In this document: in pieces, positions 61,134 through 64,000 of the stretch
Layout of the letters: each line of letters starts with the position of its first letter
Position numbering within the stretch: position 1 is the first letter of the stretch
From: Podarcis melisellensis
Lineage: Eukaryota
Length of the DNA: 64,000 bases
Assembly: GCA_964234715.1 (NCBI GenBank)
Contig: OZ174281.1
Reading direction: 5' to 3' (one strand)
The notes under the pieces: model-generated
What the model was told of the DNA's origin: nothing
What the model saw: the letters and a program-made list of their open reading frames with translations, nothing else
Databases searched by the model: none
Program-made: the position numbers and the translations under genes

Positions 61134-63548
61134 CATATCAGTTCTATCCATCTCAGAAATCAGGATATTGCCTCCATTGGCAGTCAAAGGTGCATCAGTG
61201 TTGCTTGAAATATTTTCTGCAGTTTGAAGATTGGGTGTTGGAAAGGTGAACTCCTGTACCCTGGACTCAGAAGATAAGCACAGCTGATAGGAATACGGCA
61301 ATGTTCCTTCTTCATAGTTTGGTGGGAAAATGACTGTGTTGTTTGAATGGGGAACAGGAGCAAAACACTGCAGGAATTTGGGGTTCCCTGATCGCCGAAT
61401 CTTCATGAGAATGGCCAGAATCACTGTCAGGAGGAATAAGAAGGAGATCAAAGCTAAGGCCAGCACCAAGAAGAACTGTAGATCCGATTGATACTCGGAG
61501 TCACTGGGCTGGTGGCTAATTTCTGGAAGTGCCTCCTGGAAGTTCTCAGCAAACACCAGGTTGAGACTCACGGTAGCGGATAGTGGTGGCTGCCCATTAT
61601 CCTTGACTAAGATGATGAGCTTCTGCTTCACAGCATCTCTTTCCAGAAAAGCCCGTGAGGTCCTGATCTCCCCAGTATGGGAACCAATTGAGAACAGCCC
61701 AGGTTCTGTTGCCTGGAGCAGATAGTAGGAGAGCCAAGCGTTGTGTCCAGAGTCAGCATCCACAGCCACCACCTTGGTCACCAGATAACCCTCCTCTGCT
61801 GAGCGAGGCACCATCTCAAACAAGGAGGAGCCCTCTACTCCTTGAGAAGGGTAAAGAATCTGAGGGCTTTGGTCATTCTGGTCCAGAATACACACTCTCA
61901 CGGTGGCATTGCTGCTGAGGCGGGGGGAGCCTCCATCTTCGGCCCTCACCTCCACTTGAAACTCCCTGACTTGCTCATAGTCAAAGGAGCGCTGAGCATA
62001 GATAGTGCCAGTCTCAGAATTAATGGAGAGGAAGGATGAGAGGGGCAGCCCCTCAGTGATGCTGCTGCGAATGGAGTAGGTGATTTGAGCATTCTGATCC
62101 ACATCTGGGTCAGAGGCTTTGACCCTGAAAATGGAGGAGCCTGAAGGATTGTTCTCTGGGACATAGGCAGTATAATAGGGTTTCTCAAAGGCAGGGCGGT
62201 TGTCATTGATGTCAGAGATCTGCAGTGTGATGGCTTTGTATGTGGAAAGAGGGGGGTTGCCTTTGTCTGTGGCTGTGACTGTGATATTGTACTCTGGAGT
62301 TCTTTCTCTGTCCAAGGGGGCATCTGTGAGAAGCTTATAATAATTATTGGAGGCTGATACCATCTTGAATGGCAAATTGTGTTGTAAATCACAAGCAATC
62401 TTCCCATTATCTCCAGAGTCTCTATCATTTACATTGATAAGGGCTACCAGGGTTCCTACTGCAGAGTCTTCAAGGATGGGGCTGGATAAAGAGGCAAGAA
62501 TCACTTCTGGGGCATTGTCATTCTCATCTAGAAGTATTATTTCAACTTTACAGTGAGCCACTAATCCACCTCCATCTCTTGCTTCCACTGCCATCACATA
62601 TCCTTCTGTTTCCTCAAAGTCCAGAACCTCCTTAACTATAATTGTTCCATCTTGTGAACCCAAGTGGAACTTTTGACGAGCACTTTCAGGGATGTTACTA
62701 AAACTATAGTTTATCTGGGCATTTGAACCATCATCTCTATCTGTGGCTTTCACCTGGACCACCAATGACCCTTTGGGGGCATTTTCTTTCAGCTTGACCG
62801 CGTATATTTTTTGAGTGAAGACTGGTGGGTTGTCATTTGCATCAATGACGGTGATCCATATTTTGGCTGTTCCAGATTTGGCAGGCTTCCCTCCATCCAG
62901 TGCCGTAAGGATTAATTGGAAACTGCTTTCACTTTCCCGATCCAACTGTTTATTCAACACTAATTCTGCATATTTCTTTCCGCCTTCTATTTCTCTCACT
63001 TCCAGAATAAAGTATGGATTTGTGCTAAGGTTGTAATCCTGGAGAGAATTCACCCCAAGATCAGGATCTTCAGCTTGTCCAAGGAGAAATGTGGTGCCTT
63101 GTAAAGACAATTCACTTGTCTCCAGCTTGATATCCCCATTTACAAAAAGTGGTGCATTATCATTAATGTCTTGGATCTCTACAGTTATATGAAAAATATT
63201 CATAGGACTTCCAACCACCACTTCAAAATTGATGGAGCAGATTGCAGTTTGACCACATAATTCCTCTCTATCAATCCTTTCCCTTACATACAGATTTCCA
63301 TTTTCTGCACTGAGAGTAAAGTATTGCTTTTTACCTAGGGAAAGGATATGCAGATTGTAATTTCCTATTTCTCCATTATTCAGGCTCAGGTCTTTAGCTA
63401 GGTTTCCCACAATGGAGCCCTTTTCCATTTCCTCAGGGATGGAATAATGAATGTGCTCTGAGCCAATCTGACCACACAGAGAGAATAATAAGAGGAGAGG
63501 TACTTGCCTTCTTAGGGATCTGCTGCTATCTTTCTGTCTGCCGGCCAT
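61134..63548 (-). CDS. PCDHGB: Protocadherin gamma-B-type variable exon V11 (family C, MAGRQK...), 805 codons
   Basis: Six EC repeats, [15 protein letters not shown]. Donor ATG|GTGAGT at 61134/61133. Confidence 0.92.
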
Positions 63549-63803
63549 CCCTCTTGCAGAGAAATGTGTTTTATCCTTTCTTTCTGTGATTAGTTAAATT
63601 GAGGCGTATTAAATCCCATTCACTCTGTAGAAGTGTTCAATAAAGAATCATGAACGAAGTCAGTAGCTGCTGCTGGATTTCTATACTTTGCAGTGGCTTT
63701 GTTCCTGTGTTCTGCTGTTTCCCAGCTCTGTAGTTTGTTCATGAGCAATCAAATTGCAAAAGCATCTGGTAGTGGATTCTCCACTCCTCCATGAGAACTA
63801 TAT

Positions 63804-63844
63804 TGGCCAACAGTGACACTCTGAGTCTTAGATGGGGAACTGCA
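63804..63844 (-). promoter_or_regulatory. V11 promoter CSE / CTCF site (CACT variant)
   Basis: TGCAG-N13-ACTCAGAGTGTCACTGTTGGCCA. Confidence 0.8.
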
Positions 63845-64000
63845 AGACGTCTCTTCTCTTTTAAGTAAATAACATACAAGGGATTTCTTGCCATTTTCAA
63901 TCTTACGTACAATAATTCTCAGGTAGAGAATCTTTTGTGGTATGGTAAAAAAATTAGAGTTTGGTCCCTGTGTTTTACATTAGGATAAGCAACAACTCAC

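Noticed and set aside
3246-63036. Recurrent short ORFs overlapping the exons (e.g. MALHFRKG..., MRNHLKQG..., MSLDCLVI...)
   Set aside because: They are antisense or off-frame shadows of the duplicated cadherin exons, and recur only because the exons are near-identical.
3114-63548. Interpreting the ORFs as single-exon beta-protocadherins
   Set aside because: Every exon has a GT donor at the homologous phase-0 position and gamma-A or gamma-B signature motifs.

Overview
This is vertebrate genomic DNA from inside a clustered protocadherin-gamma (Pcdhg) variable-exon array. Sauria/POM-type SINEs point to a squamate, probably a lacertid lizard. Eleven intact variable exons (V1-V11 by increasing coordinate) lie on the minus strand. 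Each is 2415-2430 bp, encodes a signal peptide, EC1-EC6, a TM helix and a variable cytoplasmic part, and ends at a phase-0 GT donor. Ten are gamma-B type and one (V8) is gamma-A type. No constant or C-type exons are present; they are expected left of the window. Each exon has its own 41-bp CSE/CTCF promoter element. Main observations: (1) 8 of 11 CSEs have lost the CpG of the CGCT box, and three promoters have no CpG at all between CSE and ATG. (2) A 294-bp solo LTR carries a CSE-like CTCF site plus octamer, CCAAT and TATA elements, upstream of and co-oriented with the only gamma-A exon. (3) An unequal crossover inside the homogenised EC4-EC6 tract explains the chimeric exon V5 and an ~11.5-kb duplication, dated by reciprocal TE insertions. 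(4) Separate gene-conversion networks exist, one with a tract ending exactly at the CTCF module. (5) A second conserved promoter motif lies between the CSE and the ATG. All alignments and identities were done by eye.
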